DNA of 64,000 nt, from assembly GCA_026770705.1 (NCBI GenBank), contig JANJGN010000021.1:105028001-105092000 (forward strand), given 5' to 3'. Position numbers and translations under genes: made by a program. The DNA comes from Isurus oxyrinchus (taxonomy: Eukaryota). This document shows, piece by piece, positions 12,455 to 24,520 of the stretch; the stretch's first letter is position 1, and every line of letters starts with the position of its first letter. The notes under the pieces were generated by a model, which worked only from the letters and a program-made list of their open reading frames with translations, was not told the DNA's origin and made no database searches.

Positions 12455-13659
12455 GTATGCCAATTATCCTACGGAGGGTTATTTCAACATCTGATTTAAG
12501 CAGTTCTCTGTTGGCTAGATCTGGGGCATTTCATAGTTTAAGCTAATGTGCAGAGCTGTAGGTTAAGATGAGAATTTATCTGATAATTTTGTTTAAGCGT
12601 TATCCGGAGCAGAGCTGCGATAACGCTTAGTACCAAGTTGGAACTGCAATTAATCTTATGTTCCTTTTGCACTTTTTAAATTCGTTCTTGGAATTTGCAG
12701 GGCCAGCATTTATTACCCATCTCTATTTGCCCTTGAAAATTTGGTGCTGCCTCGAGAGGGCGAATTTCAGCTATGTGGAGTGACCAGAGAGACTGAAATT
12801 ACCCTTCACAAGGCAGAGAACAACGAGGGAGGTTTAATCGAGGTGTTCAAAATTATGAGGGCCTTTGATAAAGAAAATAGGGGAATTTATTTTTCAAACA
12901 GCTGGTCGTTCTAGTATGGAACACAATGCATGAAAGGATGATAAAAGCAGGTTGAATGGTAGCTTTGGAAAAGAAATCCTGTAAATGAGTGGACAGGAAA
13001 CAGATGCTGATCTACGGAGGAAGAAAAGTGAGTGGTGCAAGCTGGATAATTACTTCAGAGAGCTGACACAGGCACGATGGGCCGAATGGCATCCTTTGCA
13101 TGATAGCCGTCTGACCAGGCAGGTACCGTAAATGGCTGCCAAATCTCGAGGGCCGTGCATTGTTAATTCCAAAGTAAAATTGTTTGGTTAGGCTGCTTTG
13201 TTTTGGCACAAAATATGACACTTCGAGGAATGGCTTTGAAGTTTTTTCTTCTGCAGAACCTCACTAGTTCAAAAAATAGTGGAGTGAACTCCTTCAGTCG
13301 ATTAAATTGTGATTAGTGAACAGAATCTTGATACAAAATGCGTGGATATCCGCGCCTGCCGTCCTGAACGTGACAGGCGGAAAGAGCCAAAATTTCATCC
13401 ATAGCAAACCATTATTAATTTAGCCTTTATATTTGTAAAATGGAACCAATATATCTGCGCTTATATATTTTAGACCAATAATTCACTAATGTTAAGATAA
13501 CATGGAGGATAGACACTAGCAGGATCTCCTCTCCCGATTGTCCACATCATTGATATACAATTGACTTATTCTGGATTATAACATTTATAGGAGGAATTTG
13601 AAATCAATGATCAGGTTCGCGTGCTATTTTTCAGTTCTATCCCTTTGTAACCGCAACAG

Positions 13660-13755
13660 GAAGCCAGACGGTGTTTGTAAAAGGAGCAATTAGCAGTCAA
13701 GCCAGAAGCGGTCACAAAGCAGGAAATTGCCAAAACAGCACTGTGGAATTTAAAG
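13660..13755 (+). CDS. Gene A stalk exon ((G)SQTVFVKGAISSQARSGHKAGNCQNSTVEFK)
   Basis: Acceptor caacag|, donor AAAG|GTCAGT, 96 nt, phase 1-1, open. Contains one Cys and an NST sequon. Confidence 0.55.
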
Positions 13756-15723
13756 GTCAGTAGTAATTTTTAAAAAATTATTAATAGTATGTATAATTAA
13801 AGTTAAGTAATTTCTCACTAAGATAAACGGCACAAAAATGCTGCACAGACCCCGGAGGATACATCTGCAAAGAGTAAGAGTAACATTTTACACAAGACAC
13901 GAACAATCCAATGAAACTCAAGTTGTTTAATAGCATTGGGCAGAGAGCAGCCAGTGGTGAGATATTTCAATCGCTGAGGCGTTAATGGTGACAAATAAAC
14001 GAATTCTAAACAGCACTTGATGTGGCACACTCCCAAAGCCCTCTCCCTCTTAACTTTCTTCCAAACACAGCTCTCCTTTTAATCTGACTTCAGTAAGACA
14101 CATGCTCACCAGGTTTTGCCCATTCCCTTTGCCGTTACCCTTTCTGACCCTGATCCACTTCAATGAGTTCCAGGCTGGACCTGATGCTAACGTGTCCTTT
14201 CACCCCAGTGCTATTTTTGGTATGGGCATCTCGTTTCTCCATTTTCCTATCACCCTTTCTCTGCCACTTGGTTTATCTCGATCTCTTCCTCAATAACTAT
14301 CAAAAACAAACTGGTAGTTTAATCCTCTACAATCTCAGCATATTTTCATCCACCTCCACGCCCCAACCCTCCCTCCTCCCCCCCATCCCCCCCCCACCCC
14401 CACACACACACACACAGTCTGAAGGCATTTCTATATTGTATCCTATCTTACCTAGAATCTTAAAGTTGACCGCCTTTCTTACTGTTATTTTGTGATCTCT
14501 TGTCCCTGCTTTCACAGTATTGCTAGGGCATCCCTTATCCCGATCCAGCATACGCCAACCTCCACCTTGTCAAGATTAACGTTTGACATTTCTGCCACCG
14601 TAAAGAGGCTCCCAGCAGCAAGAACTCCTTCGTTCTCATTTTAATTTCCGGAGATACGTGGGGTCTCTAAAACCTTTGCTCATTCTGCCACCACGCTTCA
14701 GTTGGCACTTAGCCCTTAGCATGTAACACCTGTTTACTAATTGCCCTGTTCAAACTCACGGCCGCTCATTCTGTGTTGGAACTGCCTCCGACAATTTACA
14801 ACACTGTGAAGCAGATTATTCTGTTTGTGTAACAAGATGTATTAGAATTTCTTAGCATGGTAATGGAACTTGCAATATTGTTCGGGGGTATGAAATGGAG
14901 ATAGGATCCAGACGCCCGTTACACTCAACACCTGATTTTACTTTCCATTGAAGTCAATGGAAGTGAAAATCAGACAGATTATTAATGAGCAGAATTCTCG
15001 ACATCGCCTGAGTTAATATCTCCCTCAGTGTTAAAATGACTCCTGGTGAGTATGGAAGGTGGGGAATAGTGCGTGCCTATTCCGCCCTATTCAACGCCCA
15101 TGGGCGTAACATCCAGCGGAGCTCTTTACGGCTGTTCACTTCTACCCGCCAGTCTTAGCTGTGCCCAAGTGCCTCTGTGTTACCTGGGCCCGTTGTAGTC
15201 CAGTAGCATCAGGTTTGAGGAACGGAGAAACTTGCCCAAATGTGCTCGACCTGCTGTGGTTGCTTCTGCACGGTGGTGACCGACTGCGGAGTTGGGTGAC
15301 TGCTTTGCTGAAAGTCATCATTCTTTCTCCAGACATGACCTTGGTCTTCAATTAGCTCGACTTCCCGACCCTGCTTCACCTCCACTTTTGCATTCAATGC
15401 GTTCTTCCAAGTTTGCCCAAGATACAGCTCCATTTACCTGGGGACACCGTGAAAGGCTGTGTCCTGAGCACTGGTCTTAGCTACCTTCCCAGCATCCTCT
15501 CGCCCGGTTTTCTTTAAAGAAAGTGATGTTGATGCAGGTTAACGTCTGAAAGTAGGGAGGGGAGGGGGGCGAGGTTTTGCTGATGGAACACAGTTCTGGC
15601 AGGAATACAAAGCTGGCTTCACTGAGTTGTGAATATTTATTCTTAATCCTGCTTAGAAACTGCTGTATTTCACTGATGTTTCAACATCAGTTAAAACCTC
15701 TGTGTTAATTCTGTTTATCGTAG

Positions 15724-15834
15724 GCCCCCTTAATGAAACCAAGAGCGGCATAACACCGGTTTTGCTGGCGGCGCTGGCGCTGATAATTGTGTTCATCGTA
15801 TTTCTGACAGTTCGAGTGATGCAGAGAAAAGGAG
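15724..15834 (+). CDS. Gene A transmembrane exon (GPLNETKSGITPVLLAALALIIVFIVFLTVRVMQRKG)
   Basis: Acceptor ctgtttatcgtag|, donor GAG|GTTTGT, 111 nt, phase 1-1. About 20 uncharged hydrophobic residues followed by basic stop-transfer residues. Confidence 0.8.
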
Positions 15835-16023
15835 GTTTGTCTTTTCGTTTTGAAGACGTTGTCGATGTAGTGTTAGTGTTTCTTAACCCGCGAGTATTTA
15901 TTTGGTAATATTTCCAAATGACTATGTTTTATTTGGGGGGCCTAATTCGAAGACTGTCTGACTATTCGAGACAGGCATCAACACGGCAGCAGTTTCTAAC
16001 ACAGCCTGGGTCTTTTCATATTC

Positions 16024-16335
16024 CTGTCAGCCTTGATTCAGTTGGTAGGGTACTCGCCTCGAAATCACAAGGTACCAGGTTCAAGTCCGGCTCCAGGTCT
16101 TACAGTGCACAAGTTAAGGCTGACCTTCAAGTGCAGTGCTGCAGGAGCTTTGCACTGTCGGGTTGTGCTGACATTCGGATGAGACGTTGAACCGATGCTC
16201 CATTAGTCTGCTCAGGGTGGAGGTAAAAGTACCCATTGCATTATTTGGGAGACGAGTAGAGGAGTTATCCCCGGTGTCCTGGACAATATTTATCATACCT
16301 AAATCAACATTAGGAAAAACAATTTGCCCAGACTT
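16024..16335 (+). mobile_element. DeuSINE-type SINE (SacSINE1-like)
   Basis: tRNA-like head (ggttcaagtcc B box) followed by the Deu domain: gtgcagtgctg...tgcactgtcgg...cggatgagacgttgaaccga...ccccggtgtcctggacaatatttat. Confidence 0.8.
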
Positions 16336-16659
16336 TCAAATGATGATGATATCAGTGAGAAGCAGGGCAGGGGTTACCGCTCAGTCACAGCACTTTGCTG
16401 CTGAATTGCAATATCATAGTGTAGTTGCTATCATTGAGAGGGTGAGAAGCAGAATTTGTTTATCTGCTTTACCTCTCTTTTGTTGGGTAGAATTAAATAG
16501 GAACGGAAGCCAGATAAATTGTTTTACCTGTTTTATATGCGATACGAGAAGAGACCATCCTTATTATTAACTAAACAGCTATGTTAAGGTCCTGTTGTAT
16601 AATGAACTTATTTTCTTCAGTGTCACATAACTGTGTTATTTCTATTCTTATTACCACAG

Positions 16660-16688
16660 ATTCCAGTGAAGAGCAGGCAAGGGCACAA
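16660..16688 (+). CDS. Gene A first cytoplasmic exon (DSSEEQARAQ)
   Basis: Strong acceptor ttctattcttattaccacag|, donor CAA|GTAAGA, phase 1-0, in frame with the TM exon. Later exons not identified with confidence. Confidence 0.7.
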
Positions 16689-17119
16689 GTAAGAACAATT
16701 AGGCACTTTACATATCAAATTATAAATGATCGAGGCTCAATTTTATGGTTCCAGGAGTTATAAATGAGCATAATTATGAATTGAGCAGTCTGAGATGGCT
16801 CTGCTATGGAGACAAGGAAACTTGTCTTTTATCATATATAGGTTATGCATGACTGTTTAATGCCTCATATGTTCTCAAAGGGGAAACTATTCCTTACATT
16901 GGTTATCTTCCAAAAGGAAAAGACGAATGTATTCCCCGTAGCACTTCCGAAAATTTATAAATGGGGTGTGTTTCACGGAAATACTCTCCTGTCCCGTGTA
17001 AGCACTGTTTGACAACATATTTGTGCCATTGGGATTTTATTAACTTATTTTGATTGAGACCTCGTAGAATGGTAGGGACACACCGATGCCTAAGCAGCAT
17101 CATAGTTGGTTTTTAAAAA

Positions 17120-17710
17120 ATCTTTCACGGGATGTGGGCGTCGCTGGCTAGGGTCGCATTTATTGCCCATCCCTGATTGCCCTTGAAAAGGTGGTGAGTG
17201 AGCTGCCATTCTGAACTGCTGCAGTCCATGTGGTGTAGGTGCATCCACAGTGCTGTTAGGGAGGGAGTTCCTAGACTTTGACCCAGCGACAGTGAAGACA
17301 CGACGCTATATTTCCAAGTCTGGATGGTGTGTGACTTTGAGCGGAACTTCCAGGTGGTGGCGTTCCCATGTATCTGCTGCCCTTGTCCTTCTACATTGTC
17401 GGAGTCACAGGTTTGGAAGGTGCTGTCGAAGGATACTTGCTGAGTTGCTGCAGTGCACCTTGCTGCCGTTGTGCATCGGTGCTAGAGGGAGTGAATGTTT
17501 AAGGTAGTGGATGGGGTGCCAATCAAGCGGGCGTCCTTATCCTGGTTGAAGTCGAGCTTCTTGAATGTTGTTGGAGCTGCACTCATCCAGGTAAGTAGAG
17601 GGTGTTCCATCACATTGTTACTTGTGTCTTGTAGATGATGACTCTTTGCTGAGTCAGGAGGCGAGTTACCCTCCGCAGGTTTCCCAGCCTCTGACCAGCC
17701 CTTGTAGCTA
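17120..17710 (-). mobile_element. Family B LINE 3' fragment
   Basis: Reverse complement matches the copy at 27800-28355. Confidence 0.85.
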
Positions 17711-18891
17711 CATAGTCACAGATGAACAAAGACTGAGCTTAAAAAATATTTCGGCGAGCGAGCGGTCAGGCATGATTCAGTAATTTCAGTCGTGCCACCA
17801 ATCCAAAGGTCTTTAAAGTGTGAATTAAATCAGGAGATAGTGCCACGAAAGTGGAATTTAATTCAGTGCCTATATCTTGTAAGGGAGCAGTTCAAGAACG
17901 GGAATTACATTTTTGGTGACTGTAATATTGTAATCCTTTTAGGAACTTCCTTGTAGTAATGTTGCTGAGGAGTCTCTGAGTTACGTCCAGTTGCAGGCCC
18001 ATAAAACGAGAAGGATGGACAGAATGATCGGGAACCTAGATTGCGTAATTTATGCCGCATGCTCTCCAAATCTCGGCGCCAATTCCTGTGAACTATGGAG
18101 GCAAGACAAGTTTTAAAGCTTGTGACCTTAGGCAGCAGTGCCGTCTGTACTGCACTCTTAACAAAGGACTTCAACGGCGTTAAAATTGGGTCAGAGCATA
18201 AAGGGGCTAGCGGTGTTCTGTTATATTGGAGCAGACCTCCTCTATGACCTGTTGTGTTCCATTAATAAGGTTACATCTCTGAAATCGTGCTCCGGAGAAC
18301 ATCTCAGAATTCCGCTGATTCGATTTTGAAAAATTTGTGATATAAAGACGCCTAATATGCGAATGTTCTATATAGCGAGCTTTCCTTGCTGAAAACTATT
18401 TGACAAACAGGGCAGCTTTTATTGTGAATATGAGGCATGATTCGCGCAGAGAGGTTCTAGGTGCAATTTTAATCCAGCCCGCCTGTTACAAGGCCGCTTT
18501 TACACCTGCTCGATTTTACCCTTCCTTGAAGGTAATGCAGCTTTATCTGCTTTGAAAATGTGATGGATTCAGCACCCGTGTTGTAACGCTCCAAACGTTT
18601 AACCACCTTTAAAATCGTTTCTATCTTGAAACGCTGTTCCAATCCTTCTCTTGCTGTGCCGTCATGAACCCATGTTATGAACGGAGTTTGCCATGATCTG
18701 GCTTCATTGGCAGGGTTGTAGTGAGATATATGGTGAGAACATATCACCACGTTACTCCCCATTTTTCTTTACCCATTAAAGTCATAATTCGGGGTTTTGA
18801 AAAGTTCCACTTCATATCGCCAAACTATTTTCAAATGCCGAATTACCTGGAAAAACTCAGCAGGTCTGGCAGCATCGGCGGAGAAGAAAAG

Positions 18892-18930
18892 AGTTGACGT
18901 TTCGAGTCCTCATGACCCTTCGACAGAACT
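18892..18930 (-). ncRNA. Second copy of the hammerhead motif in the inverted pLTR
   Basis: Exact reverse complement of 21209-21247. Confidence 0.7.
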
Positions 18931-19164
18931 TGATTTCGAGTCCAAGAAGGAGTTGAAATATAAGCTGGTTTAAGGTGTGTGTGTGTGTGTGTGGGGGGGG
19001 GGTGGGGGGGGGGGGGGGGGGGGGGCGGAGAGAGAGAGAGAGACAGAGGTGCTTGTGTAGACAAACAAGCAGTGATAGAAGCAGATCATCAAAAGATGTC
19101 AGTGACAATGGTACAAAAGAACACATAGGTGTTAAAGTTAAAGTTGGTGATATTATCTAAACGA

Positions 19165-20817
19165 ATGTGCCTCATCTCCTCTGGGGATCTCCCTCCCACA
19201 GCTTCCAACCTGATAGTCGGCCAACCTCGGACGGCCCGCTTCTATCTCCTACGTAAAATCCACAAACAGAACTGCCCCGGTAGACCGATCGTCTCAGCTT
19301 GCTCCTGCCCCACAGAACTCATTTCTCGTTATCTTGACTCCCTTCTCTCTCCCCTTGTCCAGTCCCTTCCCACCTACATCCGTGATTCCTCTGACACCTT
19401 ACGTCACATCAACAATTTCCAGTTCCCTGGCTCCAACCGCTTCCTCTTCACCATGGACGTCCAATCCCTCTACACCTCCATCCCCCACCAGGATGATCTG
19501 AGGGCCCTTAGCTTCTTCCTCGAACAGAGGCCCGAACAATCCCCATCCACCACTACTCTCCTCCGTCTGGCTGAACTTGTTCTCACGTTGAACAATTTCT
19601 CCTTCAACTCCTCTCACTTTCTCCAAATAAAAGGTGTGGCTATGGGTACCCGCATGGGCCCCAGCTATGCCTGTCTCTTTATGGGATATGTGGAACATTC
19701 CTTGTTGCAGTCCTACCCCGGCCCCCTTCCACAACTTTTTCTCCGGTACATCGATGATTACTTCGGTGCCGCTTCATGCTCTCGTCAGGACTTGGAAAAA
19801 TTTATTAATTTTGCTTCCAATCTCCACCCCTCCATCATTTTCACGTGGTCCATCTCTGACACTTCCCTTCCCTTCCTTGACCTCTCTGTCTCAATCTCTG
19901 GTGATAGACTGTCCACCAATATCCATTACAAACCCACCGACTCCCACAGCTACCTCGACTACAGCTCCTCACACCCCACTTCCTGTAAGGACTCCATCCC
20001 ATTCTCCCAGTTCCTTTGCCTTCGTCGCATCTGTTCCGATGATGCTACCTTCAAAAACGGTTCCTCTGACATGTCCTCCTTCTTCCTTAACCTAGGTTTT
20101 CCACCCACGGTCGTTGACAGGGCCCTCAACCGTGTCCAGCCCATCTCCCGTGCATCCGCCCTCACGCCTTCTCCTCCCTCCCAGAAACATGATAGGGTCC
20201 CCCTTGTCCTCACCTATCACCCCACCAGCCTCCGCATTCAAAGGATCATCCTCCGCCATTTCCGCCAACTCCAGCATGATGCCACCACCAAACACATCTT
20301 CCCTTCACCCCCCTTATCGGCATTCCGTAGGGATCGCTCCCTCCGGGATACCCTGGTCCACTCCTCCATCACCCCCTACTCCTCAACCCCCTCCTATGGC
20401 ACCACCCCATGCCCACGCAAAAGATGTAACACCTGCCCCTTCACTTCCTCTCTCCTCACCGTCCAAGGGCCCAAACACTCCTTTCAAGTGAAGCAGCATT
20501 TCACTTGCATTTCCCCCAACTTAGTCTACTGCATTCGTTGCTCCCAATGTGGTCTCCTCTACATTGGAGAGACCAAACGTAAACTGGGCGACCGCTTTGC
20601 AGAACACCTGCGGTCTGTCCGCAAGAATGACCCAAACCTCCCTGTCGCTTGCCATTTTAACACTCCACCCTGCTCTCTTGCCCACATGTCTGTCCTTGGC
20701 TTACTGCATTGTTCCAGTGAAGCCCAACGCAAACTGGAGGAACAACACCTCATCTTCCGACTAGGCACCTTACAGCCTTCCGGTCTGAATATTGAATTCA
20801 ATAACTTTAGGTCGTGA
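19165..20817 (+). CDS. Penelope reverse transcriptase + GIY-YIG endonuclease (N-terminally truncated, uninterrupted, 550 aa from the ATG at 19165)
   Basis: RT motifs FTMDVQSLYTSIP, GVAMGTRMGPSYA and LRYIDD; CxxxxCxxC linker; GIY-YIG NLVYCIRCSQCGLLYIGET...RFAEH...GLN. True element sequence starts at 19171; the ATG comes from the inverted pLTR. Confidence 0.93.
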   Translation: MCLISSGDLPPTASNLIVGQPRTARFYLLRKIHKQNCPGRPIVSACSCPTELISRYLDSLLSPLVQSLPTYIRDSSDTLRHINNFQFPGSNRFLFTMDVQSLYTSIPHQDDLRALSFFLEQRPEQSPSTTTLLRLAELVLTLNNFSFNSSHFLQIKGVAMGTRMGPSYACLFMGYVEHSLLQSYPGPLPQLFLRYIDDYFGAASCSRQDLEKFINFASNLHPSIIFTWSISDTSLPFLDLSVSISGDRLSTNIHYKPTDSHSYLDYSSSHPTSCKDSIPFSQFLCLRRICSDDATFKNGSSDMSSFFLNLGFPPTVVDRALNRVQPISRASALTPSPPSQKHDRVPLVLTYHPTSLRIQRIILRHFRQLQHDATTKHIFPSPPLSAFRRDRSLRDTLVHSSITPYSSTPSYGTTPCPRKRCNTCPFTSSLLTVQGPKHSFQVKQHFTCISPNLVYCIRCSQCGLLYIGETKRKLGDRFAEHLRSVRKNDPNLPVACHFNTPPCSLAHMSVLGLLHCSSEAQRKLEEQHLIFRLGTLQPSGLNIEFNNFRS

Positions 20818-21208
20818 GCTCCCTCCCCCATCCCCACCCCCTTTCTGTTTCCCCCTTTTTTCCCCTTTTTTTCCCTATAAATTTTATAGATTTTTCTTTT
20901 CCCACCTATTTCCATTATTTTTAAATATTTTAAAATCTTTTATGCACCCCCCACCCCCACTAGAGCTGTACCTTGAGTGCCCTACCATCCATTCTTAATT
21001 AGCACATTCGTTTAGATAATATCACCAACTTTAACTTTAACACCTATGTGTTCTTTTGTACCATTGTCACTGACATCTTTTGATGATCTGCTTCTATCAC
21101 TGCTTGTTTGTCTACACAAGCACCTCTGTCTCTCTCTCTCTCTCCGCCCCCCCCCCACACACACCTTAAACCAGCTTATATTTCAACTCCTTCTTGGACT
21201 CGAAATCA

Positions 21209-21247
21209 AGTTCTGTCGAAGGGTCATGAGGACTCGAAACGTCAACT
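21209..21247 (+). ncRNA. Minimal type I hammerhead ribozyme motif in the Penelope pLTR (variant core CUGUCGA)
   Basis: Stem I agtt/aact, core ctgtcga, stem II gggtc/gactc, GAAA, palindromic ACGT and a GTC cleavage triplet. Confidence 0.7.
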
Positions 21248-23559
21248 CTTTTCTTCTCCGCCGATGCTGCCAGACCTGCTGAGTTTTTCCAGGTAATTCT
21301 GTTTTTGTTTTGGATTTCCAGCATCCGCAGTTTTCTTTGTTTTTATTTTCAAATGCCTACTGATGTCCTTGGCGGGTTCGTTTGCCTAAAGTCTGTTTAA
21401 AGGAGCATAGGAAACAGGGGCAGGCTTAGACCATACGGCCCCTCAAACTTAATCCGTCATTCAATAGGATTATAAAATCTGGTATCATCAGCATTTTCTC
21501 TCTTGATCCCCACAAACATTGGATTGTAAGAATGTATTGGTCTAACCTTGTATATACTCAATGACCTCTAGAGGCCCCAGCACTTTGAGTGAATACATTT
21601 ATCCTTACCTGATTGCTGAATGGCCGACACCTCATCACGAGACGAAGCCAGCTAATGCTAGACTCTCCAACCAGGGGTAACCGTCCCTCAGCAACTACCC
21701 TAAAAATATCCCCCAGAATCGAATATGTTTCAACAGGACGACATTGCGTCAGTCTATATATTTATATATAAAATATAGACATATATATAGATAGATTATA
21801 TAGACATTTACATATATTCATACATAGGACCACCTTTTCATCCCAGGAATGAAACCAGTAAACCTAATTGCATGCGTATGCATAAAGACTCTACAATCTA
21901 GTCCCGAAAACCCTGAACGAGCGGATCTTTACAGATGCTCAATGACGTTTCCACAAAAAATTGACACCAGACCAACACGCCTGAGAAATTCCTGAAATCC
22001 AACTGCTCAAAATTTAGGTTTGTTTCGTTTCAAATCATTTTACAGATATTAACATTTAGGTTTAATACTGGCGGCTAAGCGATGAAATGTGTTAACTGAC
22101 CAGCGGGTTACAGCACTGGATTAGGTTATCGCTATCATGCTACCTGGAGACAATATGTCGTCCGCGGCCATGTGGCACATCTTAATCCTCCCTCTGTGTG
22201 TGCCTTAGCTGTTGTGGGCACTGCGTATAGGGTAGAGACGGCAGGGCATTAATGTCCCCTTACAGGCCTTCCAGAATACAAGCCAGATTGTTTGGTAATA
22301 CCATTATTGCCAAACCGAGGCGGAACATCGACAAGTCCTTCAATCGCACGCTTGCGGCGCGCCAGAGATTGGAGGAGCGTTTCCTTGTTAAGATCTGTGT
22401 GAGCATAACAAGTGTTGTCATAGTTTCAACCACGAGCAATCAAACAGTGGTGTTACATGTGCTGTAAAAATTTTTGCAACCGAATGCTGTTATGATTAAT
22501 AGTCTAACATGTCTCTGAGAAACAAAATAATGACAAATGAATGACCCGGGTCAAAGGCTTTACTGAAATAAACATAAATATTATTTAAACCAATCGCCTC
22601 ATGATAATGACCTCGCATCTAGACAAAAGCTCCCTGCAGATTGAACTAATTCCTCCAAGTTATCTTGAAGAACGATTTAACCAGTGGGTGCAAGAGATCA
22701 ACGGCAGGTTTTACAATGTAAATTTGCAGAGCTCAAGCGGGAACTTGAAGGGATTATTCCGTGCATCTGAAACGAAACTGTGCAGTTCTTCATTCATAAC
22801 GCTGCCCTGGCGGCAACTTTACCATAGATACAGCCCTCTCACATCACATGACTCAGAGTGCTAGGAATGTATTAACCTTAATCCACATGAAGTATTGTCT
22901 GGTAATGCACAGTGGCGGGGATTTTTAGGGTGGGGGTGGTTTCCATCCCGCCAACTGAAGAGTCGACGGGGAACACATCCCCATCCATACTGCCTGCCCC
23001 TGCAGCCATTTAATGCTTCAACAAGCGTTAATTGATTTGGTGATGGGCCTTCACTCGGAAGGAAATCTGATTGACCAGCAGTTCTCTAGCCCCTGTAGCG
23101 CCAGAAGTCGTAGTGGACAGGACTGGGACTGCAAGCAGCTCCTCGAGTTTAAGCCTGAGGAATCCGAGATCAAGTAAGTTTTGGGGGTCTTCAGGTGAGA
23201 TGGGTAGGTGAGGCGTACGGGTGGGGAGCTGGTGTGTTGGTCTGTGGGTGGAAATCCGTGGAGGGAGGGCTTGCGGCACCCGACGTTAAAAGTCCCTACT
23301 GATGGAGGCGGCACCCACCACCACCTCCACCCAACCCGCCCCCGCGCTTCCTGCCTGAGGCCTGTAAATGGGTTATGAGCTGAACTTTACGCTCCATGAG
23401 TTGGAGCAATCCCCACTTGCTCAAGCGGGTTATGTGGCGTGATGGCATTAGGCACTGTTCCCGACTTCATCATGCCAGTGTCACATAATACCATGCTTGG
23501 GCAATCAAAAAGTCGAGAACTTGCCCACATTATTCAAACATCCAATTAATTTTTTTATC

Positions 23560-24520
23560 AATTCAGGGGATGTGGGCGTCGTTGTCTGGGCCAGCATTTA
23601 CTGTCCATCCCTAATTGCCCTTGAGAAAGTGGTGGTGAGTTGCCTTCTTGAACCACTGCCGTCCATGTGGTGTAGGTGCACCCACAGTGCTGTTAGGAAG
23701 GGAGTTCCAGGAGTTTGACCCATCAACAGTGAAGGAACGGTGACATATTTCCAAGTCAGGAGGGTGATTGGCTTGGAGGGGAACTTCTAGGTGATGGTGT
23801 TCCCAGCCGTCTGCCGCACTTGTCCTTCTAGATGTTAGTGGTTGTGGGTTTGGAAGGTGCTGTCTAAGCAGCTTTGGTGTGTATTTGCAGTGCATCTTGC
23901 ACATGGTGCACACACTGCTGCCACTGTGTGTCAGTGGTGGAGGGAGTGAATGTTTTGAGATGGGTTGCTAATCAACTGGGCTGCTCTGCCCTGGATGTTG
24001 TCAAGCTTCTTGAATATTGTTGGAACTGCAGTCACCAGACAAGTGGAGAGTACTCCATCACACTCCCGATGTGTGCCTTATTGATGGCGGACAGGCTTTA
24101 GGGAGTCAGGGGATGAGTTGCTTATCACAGGCTTTCTAGCATCTGACCTGCCCTTGTAGCTGCAGTATTTATATGGCTAGTCCAGTTCAGTTTCTTGTCA
24201 ATGGTAACCCCCAGGATGTTAATAGTTGGGAATTCAGTGATGGTAATGCCATTGAATGTCAAGGGGAGATGTTTATATTCTAACTTGTTGGAGATGGTCA
24301 TTGTCTGGCACTTGTGTGGTGCAAATGTTACTTACTACTTGTCAGCCCAAGCCTGTATGTTGCTCAGGCCTTGCTGCATTTGAACATGGCCTCTTCAGTA
24401 TCTGAGTAGTTGCAAATGGTGCTGAACATTGTTCAATCATCAGCAAGCATCCTCACTTCTGATGTTATGATGGAAGGAAGGTCAGTAATGAAGCAGCTGA
24501 AGATGGTTGGCCCTAGGGCA
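23560..24520 (-). mobile_element. Family B LINE 3' fragment (about 1 kb)
   Basis: ORF 23611..23913 LLRQHLPNPQP...SWNSLPNS...FKKATHHHFLKGN and upstream RT sequence. Confidence 0.88.

Larger units (their letters stand above)
18840..21343 (+). mobile_element. Penelope-like retroelement, 5'-truncated, with inverted partial pLTR at the 5' end and a 14-bp TSD
   Basis: 18840-19170 is the reverse complement of 21002-21299, differing only in the G/GT tract. TSD tattttcaaatgcc at 18826-18839 and 21344-21357. Confidence 0.95.

Noticed and set aside
18975-19030. Length difference of the G/GT tract between the Penelope arms as a biological signal
   Set aside because: Homopolymer and microsatellite tracts are prone to slippage and assembly error.
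22601-22864. 87-aa ORF as a tail exon of gene A
   Set aside because: Weak acceptor and no motif or homology I can recognise.
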